Assembly: GCF_963921235.1 (NCBI RefSeq)
Contig: NC_086097.1
Coordinates: 63,366,001-63,430,000, forward strand
DNA: 64,000 bases
Source: Mobula hypostoma
Lineage: Eukaryota
Direction of reading: 5' to 3'
Position numbers and translations under genes: made by a program. Shown one piece after another: positions 25,028 to 37,258 of the stretch (position 1 is its first letter; the number at the start of each line of letters is the position of its first letter). Under the pieces are notes generated by a model that worked only from the letters and a program-made list of their open reading frames with translations, was not told the DNA's origin and made no database searches.

Positions 25028-26325
25028 TTGGATTCCAGACCTAATCAGTTCCCCTCTACCACCACTCTGCTTCGTCTAGCGGAATTAGTCCTTACTCTTA
25101 ATAATTTCTCCTTTGGCTCCTCCCACTTCCTCCAAACTAAAGGTGTAGCTATGGGCACCCGTATGGGTCCTAGCTATGCCTGCCTTTTTGTTGGGTTTGT
25201 GGAACAATCTATGTTCCGTGCCTATTCTGGTATCTGTCCCCCACTTTTCCTTCGCTACATCGACGACTGCATTGGCGCTGCTTCCTGCACGCATGCAGAA
25301 CTCGTTGACTTTATTAACTTTGCCTCCAACTTTCACCCTGCCCTCAAGTTTACCTGGTCCATTTCCAACACCTCCCTCCCCTTTCTAGATCTTTCTGTCT
25401 CTGTCTCTGTCTCTGGAGACAGCTTATCCACTGATGTCTACTATAAGCCTACTGACTCTCACAGCTATCTGGACTATTCCTCTTCTCACCCTGTCTCTTG
25501 CAAAAACGCCATCCCCTTCTCGCAATTCCTCCATCTCCGCCCCATCTGCTCTCAGGATGAAGCTTTTCATTCTAGGACGAGGGAGATGTCTTCCTTTTTT
25601 AAAGAAAGGGGCTTCCCTTCCTCCACTATCAACTCTGCTCTTAAACGCATCTCCCCCATTTCACGTACATCTGCTCTCACTCCATCCTCCCACCACCCCA
25701 CTAGGAATAGGGTTCCCCTGGTCCTCACCTACCACCCCACCAGCCTCCGGGTCCAACATATTATACTCCGTAACTTCCGCCACCTCCAACGGGATCCCAC
25801 CACTAAGCACATCTTTCCCTCCCCCCCCCTGCATTCCGCAGGGATCGCTCCCGACACAACTCCCTTGTCCATTCGTCCCCCCCATCCCTCCCCACTGATC
25901 TCCCTCCTGGCACTTATCCATGTAAGCGGAACAAGTGCTACACATGCCCTTACACTTCCTCCCTTACCACCATTCAGGGCCCCAAACAGTCCTTCCAGGT
26001 GAGGCATCACTTCACCTGTGAGTCGACTGGGGTGATATACTGCATCCGGTGCTCCCAATGTGGCCTTTTATATATTGGCGAGACCCGACGCAGACTGGGA
26101 GACCGCTTTGCTGAACATCTACGCTCTGTCCGCCAGAGAAAGCAGGATCTCCCAGTGGCCACACATTTTAATTCCACATCCCATTCCCATTCTGACATGT
26201 CTATCCACGGCCTCCTCTACTGTAAAGAAGAAGCCACACTCAGGTTGGAGGAACAACACCTTATATTCCGTCTGGGTAGCCTCCAACCTGATGGCATGAA
26301 CATCGACTTCTCTAACTTCCGCTAA
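25028..26325 (+). pseudogene. Penelope RT / GIY-YIG endonuclease polyprotein fragment, frameshifted near the poly-C at about 25820-25830
   Basis: ORFs 25028-26002 and 25999-26325 are two frames of one ancestral ORF. Confidence 0.85.
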
Positions 26326-26618
26326 GGCCCCACCTCCCCTTCGTACCCCATCTGTTACTCATTTTTATGCACACATTCTTTCTCTCACTCTCCTTTTTCT
26401 CCCTCTGTCCCTCTGTATATACCTCTTGCCCATCCTCTGGGTCACCCCCCCCTTGTCTTTCTTCCCGGACCTCCTGTCCCATGATCCTCTCGTATCCCCT
26501 TTTGCCAATCACCTGTCCAGCTCTCGGCTCTATCCGTCCCCCTCCTGTCTTCTCCTATCATTTTGGATCTCCCCCTCCCCCTCCAACTTTCAAATCCCTT
26601 ACTCACTCTTCCTTCAGT

Positions 26619-26656
26619 TAGTCCTGACGAAGGGTCTCGGCCTGAAACGTCGACTG
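26619..26656 (+). ncRNA. Minimal type I hammerhead ribozyme motif (Penelope-associated)
   Basis: TAGTC-CTGACGA-A-GGGT-CTCG-GCCT-GAAAC-GTC-GACTG; predicted cleavage after GUC at 26651. Confidence 0.8.
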
Positions 26657-27654
26657 CACCTCTTCCTAGAGATGCTGCCTGACCTGCTGCGTTCACCAGC
26701 AACTTTGATGTATGTTGGCTGCACCAGTGATGATTTGGTGTGTCATATGAAAGGGGGGATGAATATTTATGCAATCAATTATTTGTGTCTTATATTTGTA
26801 ATTAATTTAGATCACTTTGTAGAGATTTCTTTTCACTTTGACACAAAAAGAGTCTTTTTCATCAGTGTCAAACAAGCTAAATTAAATCCATCGTGATTCA
26901 ATGTTGTAAAACAATAAAACATGAAATGTTCCAAGGGGGATGAATACTTTTTATAGACGCTGTAATTTCTGGATGGTTTTGATTTGCTTTTTAGCTGGTT
27001 CAGCACAACATTGTGGGCAAAAGGCCTGTTCCTGTGCTGTACAGTTCTATGTTCATAAGTGACCTGGATGAAAATGTAGATGAGTTGGTTAATAAGTCTG
27101 CAGGTGATACAAAAATTATTGTTGTTGGCAAAGAATACAACAGGATATAGATCAGTTGCAAATACGGGCAGATAAATGCAGATGGAGTTTAACCCAGATA
27201 GATGTGAAGTGTCGTAATAGAAGTTGGAAAAATCGTTGCTCATGCTATCAGGTTGGAGGCTACTGAAACGGATTATGAGGTGTTGCTCCTCCAGCCTGCA
27301 TATGGCCTCTTCACTGCAGTAGAAAAGGCCATCACCGGACCTGTCAGAATGGGAATGTGATGTCAAATTGAAATGAGTGACCAGCGGGAGATCCTGTCTT
27401 TAGTGGGTGAACAGAGCCAAAGTGGCTATCTAAGCTGCATCAGGTCTTACTGTAGAGGAGGCAGCACCAGGAGCAATAGATACCGTCGATGACCTCGACA
27501 GATTCGTAGGTGAAGTTTTGTCTCACCTGGAAGGACCGTTTGGGGCCCTGAATGTTAGTGAGGGAGGAAATATAGGGGCAGGTGTAACTCTTATAATACC
27601 TGCAGTTATAAAAGCCGGGAGGGAGATCAGTGAGGAGGGATGAGTGGAAAAGGG

Positions 27655-27920
27655 ATGGGGGGAGGAAAGAGGGAGAGAGAGGGGGGAGGGGGGAGAGAGA
27701 GGGAGAGGGAAGGGGATAGATAGGGTGGGGGATGGGAGGGGGAGGGAGGGAGGAGGAGAGGGGGAGGGGGAGGGGTAGGAGAGGGAGGGGGAGGAGGACA
27801 GAGGGGGAGAGGGAGAGAGGGAGAGAGAGGGGGAGGGAGAGGGAGAGAGAGGGGGAGGGAGGGAGAGAGAGAGGGGGAGGGAGAGGGAGAGGGGGAGAGA
27901 GGAGGGAGGGGCAGAGAGGT
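27655..27920. repeat. Polypurine G/A low-complexity tract
   Basis: About 260 nt of almost only G and A (GGGAGA/GGGGA units). Confidence 0.95.
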
Positions 27921-28955
27921 ACATACGTATGTATGTCATGGTCATGAGGTCTGGTCGCAATTCCAACCTAAAGTGAGAGTACCCCTGCCCCTTTTTATAC
28001 CCAGAAAACCCCTTGCAAATACCTAGCAGGGCAGGGAGATGTGGGTGTGGGCACTGAGAGAGAGGAAAGGAAAATCCCACAATGCATACAGCACAGTACG
28101 GGACTGACCAATTCTTTAACATCCAGGTAGGATGAACAAATATAGAAATCTATTTCAGAAGTTGCTTATCCACCCACACTTTTGCACATATCAAAATCAC
28201 TTCTAGAAAAATTAATTCTTTCCTTTTTTTAAAATCTTGCCATTTCGTATCATGCCTTCTGTATGCCCCACTCAGTTTGGGAACAGGTTCATTTTGGTCA
28301 CTTGTCTGTCAGAGAGGGGTGAGCTCTCTTCAGATTCAAAACCTGAGGATTACTGTCGTCACTCAAAGACTGAGTTCATTTTAAGCTCGAGCCATGCTGC
28401 TGATTGAATCTAGGGAAGTGACTAAAAGACTCCGGGAACAGAAGAGTTGAAGTCTGACATCCCCTGTGTTCAGGAAGAAATAATGGGTAGTGAGAGAGTT
28501 TATCTCCATAAGGACTTCTTTGGCCTTACCTGCCTCAATTCTTTTATTGCCAATCTCTGTAGCATTCTCACTTGCTCTGGTTCATTGCCAGTCCTGGGCA
28601 ATAATACAAAAGCCTGTGAGGTAAAGCAGCCATGGTCTCACATCGGTGAGTCAGAGTGAGCCTATCGATCATGCCTGCCAGTCTTCACAGTCTTGCCCTG
28701 CTCATAACTCTTGCTCAAGACTCATTTACAGCCTTTCCTACTTCCTTTGAGCTCATACAGAATTGCACAGCTACGGCGGCACACTGTTAATCGGTGGCTG
28801 GTCTGAATCAGTATTACTATCTGATTAGTTGTAAAAGCAAAGCGCACACAGGAAATTCAGTTTGCCAGCTTCCGGAAGGGATCGTTCATCCATTCATATC
28901 AGTGGGCCAATTTGTGTACAATCATTCATTACCTCATCTTTGCCCTCCCCCCCCC

Positions 28956-28983
28956 CACACACACACACACACACACACACCAC
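28956..28983. repeat. (CA)n microsatellite preceded by poly-C
   Basis: Read directly from the sequence. Confidence 0.95.
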
Positions 28984-29737
28984 TTTATGCATAATCCATT
29001 GCAAAAGCAGATCAGAACTTATGCCATGTCATAATCATGTCCATAGCTGACTTGCAGCAAAATACTTTAATAACTTCAACACACCAGCCTAACTTGCTAT
29101 ATATGTATAAATAGGTCTGATGTCTAAGATAACATATGATAGAAGCAAGCTTGACTGCCTTGTGTATGCACAAGAGTGTTTAAAAGTAGCTCCCATCATG
29201 ATCCTTTCCAAGGAAAATGGTCAGAACCCCAGAAAAGTGATTCTGATATTCTCTTCCCTCCCTGGGAAATAACCCACAACCTATTAATTATTTTCTTGTT
29301 GGAGAAAGAAAAAAATACCTCACAGTTTTTCTGATACAACTGCTGCAATTGTGCACCAGTCAATAGGAGAATCCTTCGTTCACAATAATGGAGACAGATG
29401 ATAATTCCTTTGCTCGAGATGCAGACATCAGCTGAGTTTTTCTCCAGCAACTTTCTGCCTTGTCAATAGCTTGATGAGTTTTATCTGCTCCATTGAGTCA
29501 CTGTACCCTATGTTTAAAAATTAACCTCAACCATAACAAATTGCTTACTGGAAAGCACACAACATAGTTATCGAACTGTCATTGTAGAATGTAGTAAATA
29601 TCACAACGTGGAACTAATTTGCACAAACTGAGATTTCTGAAATTCATGGAAGTAAAAGGAATAAATGAAAGAACTGAGAAATATTTTCAAAATAGTTCAT
29701 TAATCAGTTAGGTGACTTCTTAAGGAATACTGTTCTT

Positions 29738-30022
29738 GGGGCAGCACAGTAACATAGTAGTTAGTGCAATGCTTTACAGCACCAGCTATAAGATAGGCCG
29801 CCACTGTCTGTAAAGAGTAAGTACGCTTTTCCCATGACCACATATGCTTCCTCTGGATGCTGTGCTCCTGTTTCCTCCCACATTCCAAAGACATATTGTT
29901 AGTGTTAGTGAACTGTGGACATGCTATGTTAGTCCTGAAAGTAAAATCCTCACTGATTTGATTCGATGCACTGTTTATGTCAATGTACATGTCACAAAAA
30001 AGCTAAATCTTTTTATCAATCT
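29738..30022 (+). mobile_element. tRNA-derived SINE
   Basis: Head GGGGCAGCACAGTAACATAGTAGTTAG, core TTCCTCCCACATTCCAAAGAC, and a LINE-like tail. Confidence 0.7.
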
Positions 30023-30357
30023 TAAGTAAAATGGAACAACCTTTTCCGTAAACAATGTTGATGTTGCATTAAATATTGTGACCTTTCAAGTAGTTGTATT
30101 ACAGGTACATCCTGATGCAAGATCTTGTCCTGAATCATCGACTGTCCCTTTACTTCCACAGATGTCATATGACCTACTGAGTTCCCTGAGCAGTCTGTTT
30201 TTTGAACCATAAAACAGTTTAATTCCACTTGAAGACAGTGTTAAGATTCAATCACTGATTTGGAAGAATAGGTTACAGGGAAATATTAGTGAGGAATGGG
30301 ATTCTTCTGTAAGTTGCCATAGACATAATGAACTGAAAATCCTCCTTCTATGTCATA

Positions 30358-30616
30358 TGATAATGATGATGATGACGTCGACTCAGGCCTGAGAGGCCAA
30401 CGTCAGGTATTTTCATGCCTTACGAGGCTGTGTGGGGTGCCATTCCTCACACAGACATTTCGCAGTATTTTTCTTTATTTTACTAGGTCAAGTTGTAAGC
30501 TCAACCCTCAACCCGGCACGGATGGAGAGCGTACTCGGGAGCGGCCCGACTGGCTGCGAACCCGGGAACCTCTGTTCCAGAGTCTGCCAATGACATCACT
30601 GCACCACCAGCCCACC
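30358..30616 (-). mobile_element. tRNA-derived SINE with a (CAT)n tail, distinct family
   Basis: A-box TGGTGCAGTGATG, B-box GGTTCGCAGCC, 3' (CAT)n; TATGTCATA occurs on both sides (30349-30357, 30625-30633). Confidence 0.7.
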
Positions 30617-31914
30617 TAAGCAAATATGTCATAAGCAAATATGAAAACAGAAGAGTAGTAACTCAGGAGCAACCCCAGAAAATAAAGCAATTTAATTGCA
30701 ATGCTTCAAGCACTAATGAAAAGTCAAACACATTTTAGAATTCACCCAGTCACCATCCACAGTACACAAAAGTAACAGAACGCCTTTACCTTCATTGGGT
30801 ACCATGCAGCCCATTTTTAAAAGAATGCCTATGGACACCACTACATCAAATGATCATTTTGAGAAAAGGATGGAGGATTTTCAGCAAACTATTCTGAAAG
30901 TCCGAGGAGTAGATCGCTAGATCAGATTTCAATAATTTCAAAATTAGGAGAGAAATTCAGATGCTATCCACCTTTTCCATAGCATTAAAATTCATTGCCC
31001 TGAAACGAAATTCACTTGTGACTCAAAGCAATCACAGAGCCATATACTTGTAAGTGTTGGTTTGCATAAAACAAAACAAAAATCAATGAATACTGATCCA
31101 AATAAACTCAGTGAATCAGATTGGCATTGACAGTGGAAAAAGCTAAGATATAAAGGGGAAGGTGCTAACTCAAAAAAAATCCCCTCATGGAATTAGTGAA
31201 AAATTCAAATCTGCATCTAGTTTGATATTAGCTAGAATACGACCAAAGGTATAAAAAATAAATTAACACCATTGCAAAGACTATGTAATCAGTAATGATA
31301 AATAAATAAATAGCCCAAGTCTACTTAAATCCTCATTGAAATGCCGGTTTGTGCTTTGAAGAGTGAAAACTTGAATTACTATAAATATAAATATCATTAG
31401 AAATGAATGAGATACCATTTTATTTATTTTGTAACTAAGGATATTATCTTTGCATGATGCTATTAGTAATCAAATGGCCAATATGTATACAAAAGCCAAT
31501 TGCAATTTTACATAAAGAGATCAATCCTCATAATGGCTTAAATATTCTTGCAGGACAACTAAAATTTAAAGTTTTAAAAGCCTGTTCAGTTATTTATATC
31601 GATCAAAGGCTTATGATTGCAGTAAACCTTGCATAAAGTTGATGTAATAATTAATAATTAAGAAAGGCCAGAAGAATGAGCATTGAAATGTAGCTAATTT
31701 TCTTATTTGTACTCTCCTTGAGTACTTCAAACTCACTTTTCACATTTACAGCAGTGGCGCCACTACCTATGTCCATTAATTAGATAAACACAAAGAATGA
31801 ATGGCCTTGAGGTGCAACAGAACACTAAATTATAACAAATGAGTCACTTAAAATGTTCACCATATTGAAATGTATACTACATGCCTGTAACTTTTAATCA
31901 ATGATGTAAGGAGG

Positions 31915-31917
<3 letters not shown>

Positions 31918-31948
<31 letters not shown>
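31918..31948. repeat. (GT)n microsatellite
   Basis: Read directly from the sequence. Confidence 0.95.
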
Positions 31949-31949
<1 letters not shown>

Positions 31950-34284
31950 ACACGCTCACGAATGCCAAATTATAAAATCAAGTTTGGCAATGATTTCCAT
32001 ATGAATACATAGGCCATGGGCATTAATTGTTTGCCTGTGTATGTGCATGTGTGTGAGTGTTTAGATATCCTAAGTTGGAAAGCTGTGTCTATAAAACCGA
32101 CAATTCAGTAAGGCGTGAATTTAATAGCCTTTGAGAAAGAAGGGCATGAAGTTAAATAGAGTCTTTCACAGCCTCCAAGGTACTCTGAAATATTTCCCAG
32201 CTAATGAAGATTTTTTTAAAGAGTAATTCTTGCTGTTCCGTAGGAAACACAATGGCTTCTTTACACAGAGCAAGGCTCCACAAAGCTACAATAGGATGAT
32301 CACAAGATAATGTTTTAGTTTGTGATTTTAAAAAGTATGCCAGTAAATTGAGGGGAAAACCTCAATTTTTCAAAACTGTCATGGGATCTTCCACAGGCTT
32401 TAGTATGTCATTTGAAATACAGCACCTCCGACCATGTTGCACGCTGTCAGTACTGCACAGAAGTATTGCTTTTTCATTGGTTATAAAGTGTTGAAAAATT
32501 ATACTTTTCTCTTACACTTGGATTTTTTTACACTACTGGGACACAGAATTTTGCACACCTGTGTATAAGTTGCTGCAGTACAGTGGTCTTGCATTTCCCA
32601 GAAATTTTCAGCCATTAAATCAGCAATAATGCTTGTGAGGTCAAGAATCCAGACAAATGAATCTTTTAAATAGACAGTCTAATTAACACTAATAAAGCTG
32701 TACTGGAGTGAAATGGTATAATTTAGCAATGTATTGATTATTTTTCAGTTAAGAGTTCAAGAAAGTAAACAAGGAAAGAGTACAGTATAAACTGTATACA
32801 TGACGCTTAAAAAACAGTACAAGTTTTTATCATAGAATCAGTAAAGCAGCGAAATCCAGAAAGGTTTGCTGCAGAGAGATGTAGAAAGCAAAATCCGAGG
32901 GAGACATTACTTCTTGACAGACTATTTTTTGATGGCCTGGCTGAGACTGTTGACAAGATGACAGTAGATTCTCCTGAACATACAAATAACATACAAGTGT
33001 GAAGAGAATCAAAAACCTGTAGACATGGAAAATTTGGAGCAAAACAGGTCAGTGGAAGCACTTAGCAACTCAGGCAACATCTGTGGAGAAGAAAGGATCA
33101 GGTAGCATCTATTGAAGGAAAAACAGGCAATGAATGTTTCCAGCATTTTCTGTTAATGAAAAGATTTTCAAATGCAGTCTATTCTGGTTAATCAGGGCAC
33201 GACAGGACCAGTGCATTTTGGACCACTAAGTGGCTGTCCCAAATTGCCAAAGGTTCATGGAAATAGTTAAAAAGGCAATCTACTGTTTAATTGAGGAAGA
33301 AATTATGTATTGAAATGAAATACAGAACAAATTAGAACACTACCAAGGATGCATTCTCTGTAATCTTTTTATTTCTACAAGTTGTCTTCCTTTGTACACA
33401 GGGTGCTTGCCACTCTTTGCCTGTTTATGTACATTTTATAAAATTCTATTCTATTTCTTTTATTCCTCTAAATGTCTGTAAGAAAATAATCTCAAGGTAG
33501 TATGTGGTAACATAAGCACACTTTGACAATAAATTTACTTTGAACTTTGAGCTTTGAACTTCCAAAAAATAACGACCAAAAGTTTGCTCCAAAGGGCAGT
33601 TTGGTCATTTGCTGCCGAGATTTCTCAAGTTATCCTAAAATGTCCTCGGATTGGTGCAGCAGGTAAAACATTGCCACTAACCAATGGCATGTACAGAATA
33701 TGTGCAGTGCAGCAGAATCCTGGAGGAAGCCACGCCATCAAGACAAATCTTATTTATTGAAATTGTCACAGGTTTTCAAACTCTGACAGCACAGAGATTT
33801 GTTTGTCTTGAGTCCTGAAGCATTGCTCACACCATAGTGTAATGACCCACCAAAGGACTCAGTTCAGAGGCAATGAGGGACAGAACACTGCCATCCAGCT
33901 GCCAAAAACAAAATGGAAGAAAGGGAGAGGATGTGTAAATGGAATAAGCTAGCCTATGATTTGGTAATTTCCCATTAGCTGAAAGATATTCCAAAGAGTT
34001 GATAGGCCCAGAGGGACGTCGAATTCTCAAACCAGCAGTCACATGAGTCAGTGCTTCTCCCCCAGCCTCTGACAGAGAAATGGAAGCTAAAGACCTGCAC
34101 TTCAGTCAGTAGAACAGCATTATCTGCATGAAAAGAAGTGACTTGCTCTTTGATTTGTCACTTTATCATCCGAGGCATTATCAGAAGATCCTTATCACTT
34201 TAGTCAGCAACAGCTCACTAGTGCAAAAGGCCACTGGTGCTTTATTCAAAAATATCTTTCCACTTACATCCAATGCACATAGTT

Positions 34285-34565
34285 CTGAATTGGAATCAGG
34301 TTTATTACCACTGACATATGTTGTGCAATTTGTTGTTCTGTGGCAGCAGTACAGAGCAAGACGTTAAAAATGTACCAAGTTACAATAATAAATAAATAAC
34401 AGAGAAGAGGAATAACAAGGTAGTGTTCATGGACTGTTTAGAAATCAGATGACACAGGGGAAGAAGCTATTCCAAAACACTGAGTGTGGGTCTTCAGGCT
34501 CCTGTACCTCCTCCCTGGTGGCAGTAACGAAAAGAGGTCAGGTCCAAGGTGGTGAGGGGCGTTAA
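34285..34565 (-). mobile_element. Rex/Babar- or L2-type LINE 3' end
   Basis: GAATCAGGTTTATTA tail; homologous to 51956-52240. Confidence 0.6.
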
Positions 34566-35404
34566 TATTCCTCATAAGGAATAAAGCTCAATTGTAGATT
34601 TAATACTGGCAAATTTCTTTAGAGTAGAAGCAAGTTGTGCCCCAAATATCCTTTGAAGTAGTTTAGTCAACTTAAAAAGCCTGACAAATGAAGCACTCAG
34701 TATTTATTTCCCCATATATTTTCCTAGCATCCCACTGCAATTAAAGTCACTAATTATGAGGAATATACAGTTCTCAGCACTTCATGGAATATGTTTGTTG
34801 TCAGCAATTAAATGTTACAGACTATAAAGTTCCACAAATACTTGCTGGACCAGTTGTTGCCGTCAAAGTTCCACATGACAACCTAATCTCAGGTCCAGGT
34901 CAATTATTAGAAGAGTAAATCCAATCAACATTCAGTGTGTGATGTTAACCACCTCATCCAACATATTAATGCTTGCAGCCAGAAAGTAGAACATGATACC
35001 TTTATCAAGTGACAACCCAGTGATAACTCAAGGCAAACCTTCAGTTTGGTTAATTGATAAGCAGGGATATCCCTTGCTGTGATGGCTAACAATTCCAGTA
35101 CAACAACTGCAGATAAGAAAAGAACCAATATAATGAGCCCCAGAGGACTACAGGCATTGTGAAAGCATATACTGAGAATCTTTTCAGCACTTGGACACTT
35201 ACATCGGGATCCTGAACTACAGGGCAGCAAAAATCCCAGTTAATTGCAGCTTGGTGGGCATTACACAGAGTCACGATGAGGTGAAAAGAATAAAAACCTT
35301 TTATTCTGCTGACTAGGTCCTTCTTCCTAAAGTTTCCCTATTGCCTCATAAGGAACATTACTCAAAACATTATCTATATTTCTACTAGACAACTGGTACC
35401 ACTA

Positions 35405-35597
35405 GTTGAGGCCAGTTCATTGGCTATATTTAAGAGGGAGTTAGATATGGCCCTTGTGGCTACCGGGATCAGGGGGTATGGAGGGAAGGCTGGGGCGGGG
35501 TTCTGAGTTGGATAATCAGCCATGATCATAATAAATGGCAGTGCAGGCTCGAAGGGCCGAATGGCCTACTCCTGCACCTATTTTCTATGTTTCTATT
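35405..35597 (+). mobile_element. CR1 3' end
   Basis: Ends GGCCGAATGGCCTACTCCTGCACCTATTTTCTATGTTTCTA. Confidence 0.8.
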
Positions 35598-37258
35598 TCA
35601 CCATTACAATGGGAATCTCCCAGCTGTACATTTCATTTCCTAGTATCGCTAATATTGTCTTTCTAAAATATTAAATGCATCAACCACATTTTTCATCCAA
35701 ATATAAAATTGTCCAAATAATTCTAATAAACCTATAGAAAATTGTGGATAAAACCAGTCATTGATTCTTCATAAGGGTGTGTCAACAGATTATACTGGTT
35801 AACTTCCTTACTGTGGTTTCTATTGGTTACTTCTTGGAAGTGTTTCCATGACAATGCAAATTTATGAATTGGATGTTTCCCATCTCATTAAAGCTGACAT
35901 GCCAATAGAATTGTGTTATGATCGCTTTTTACATCGAATGCCGCTATGTTTTTGGTCTAGGATTAAAAATTCTTCATGCAACGGACAGACTTAAGAAATC
36001 CTATAACCAAAATACCTCAGAAATAAATGGAAAAAATAAATTAAGTGCTGTAGCTGTGGAAAATAAAACAAATTCAAATGGTGGAAATCACAACCTATCC
36101 ATTGACCAGAAACAGTAACTCTATTTTGACATCAACAGACATTGCCCATTATGCTGAATATTTCCAGCACTTTTGTGTGGTGTCTCATTCTTTACAATTG
36201 CAAGAGGGCTTCCTTACTTTTTTGCTTTAACCCATTGAACAAAGGCCAATACAGCAGTGGCCCTTTTTATAGCTTGTTTCACCCGCATACTAACTTTATG
36301 CTTTCTGTAAACAAATGCACCCAAGACTCCTTGTTATATGAACACTTCGTCATTTCTTACCATTTAAAGGTATTGCTTATAATTTCTTCAGTGCTTGAAA
36401 GCATTATTGGCAAGGTGCCTTTTAGGATTGATTCTTGATTTCAGCAAAACATTGTCAAGTCAAGTCTCTTGTGGTACCATAGGTTGAAAGGTTCATTTTA
36501 TTGTCAAAGTATGCATGTACAATACAACTCTGATATTTGTCTACTCCAGATAGCCATTAAGTACAGAAAGGCCATGGGTGTTGATGAAAGAAAAGACATC
36601 AACTCACCCCACCAGCACGAGAAAGAAAAGAACCAAAACACCCCAAAATCTCCCTCACCCGCAGCAAAAAAAACAGCCACAGTAGCAATCAACGCCCCCT
36701 ACACATAACAACCCCCTCACTTGCAAAAAAGAACAGCGACAGTAGCACCAAACCCCCAAATCCCCCCCACACGCACTCAAAAAATTAACAGATCACCCAC
36801 CCACCAATCATTGACAAGAAAGAAAATTGAAGGAAGCCAATATACAGTCAAATAATCACATAAATCTCAGAATATGGGAAACTTCTTTGCATCTGCAGAT
36901 GAGGAGAGCATCCACACGAACTCAGTCCTTCCGTAAATAGTGACAGCCGACCCGATCCAAACGCCACCAATCCAGGTCGAGCGCACCAATCCGGCTGCTA
37001 ACCGTCTCTGTTGGGAGCCATCACTGAACCCTCCAAATTCACTTTGACACTTCAGTCTTCCTCGCTGCTTCGAGATGGAGTTGTTCATGACCCTGCACAT
37101 CATCTCTGGTCTTTTCCATGAGACAACTTGTGTTCTCGGACCTTTTCACCACCTTCCATCACCTTGCTTTGAACCCAGCATCTGCAGAATATTTTGTGTT
37201 TACCTTGCCATCTCTGATCTCCACAAGCCAGCTTTCCAGACACAGCTCTGTGCTGGCT

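Larger units (their letters stand above)
25028..26716 (+). mobile_element. Young 5'-truncated Penelope-like element inserted in Tc1 copy 2
   Basis: RT (GVAMGT..GPSYA, FLRYIDD) followed by a GIY-YIG domain (VIYCIRCSQC..LYIGETRR); TTGG direct repeat at both junctions. Confidence 0.92.
23913..27054 (+). mobile_element. Truncated Tc1 + CR1 3'-tail chimeric unit (second copy of 8162-11246)
   Basis: Tc1 lacking the left TIR, with the right TIR ending at about 26962, followed by the same ~90-bp CR1 3' UTR and tail as at 11154-11246. Confidence 0.85.
23877..27217 (+). mobile_element. Old CR1 RT fragment split into 23877-23911 and 27055-27217
   Basis: Joining the halves gives GATCTGTACTGGGAACATTGCTGTTTGTCATGTAC|ATAAGTGACCTGGATGAAAATGTAGATG, collinear with the CR1 RT at 5762-5825. 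Confidence 0.8.
23680..27660 (-). mobile_element. Old Penelope-like remnant, outermost layer of a nested cluster (pieces at 23680-23876 and 27218-27660)
   Basis: 3' UTR-like piece on the left; GIY-YIG remnant CRLEEQHLIIRFSSLQPDSMSNDFSNF on the right. Confidence 0.65.

Noticed and set aside
27523..28122. 199-aa Ser/Pro/Leu-rich ORF
   Set aside because: It is a translation of the polypurine tract on the opposite strand.
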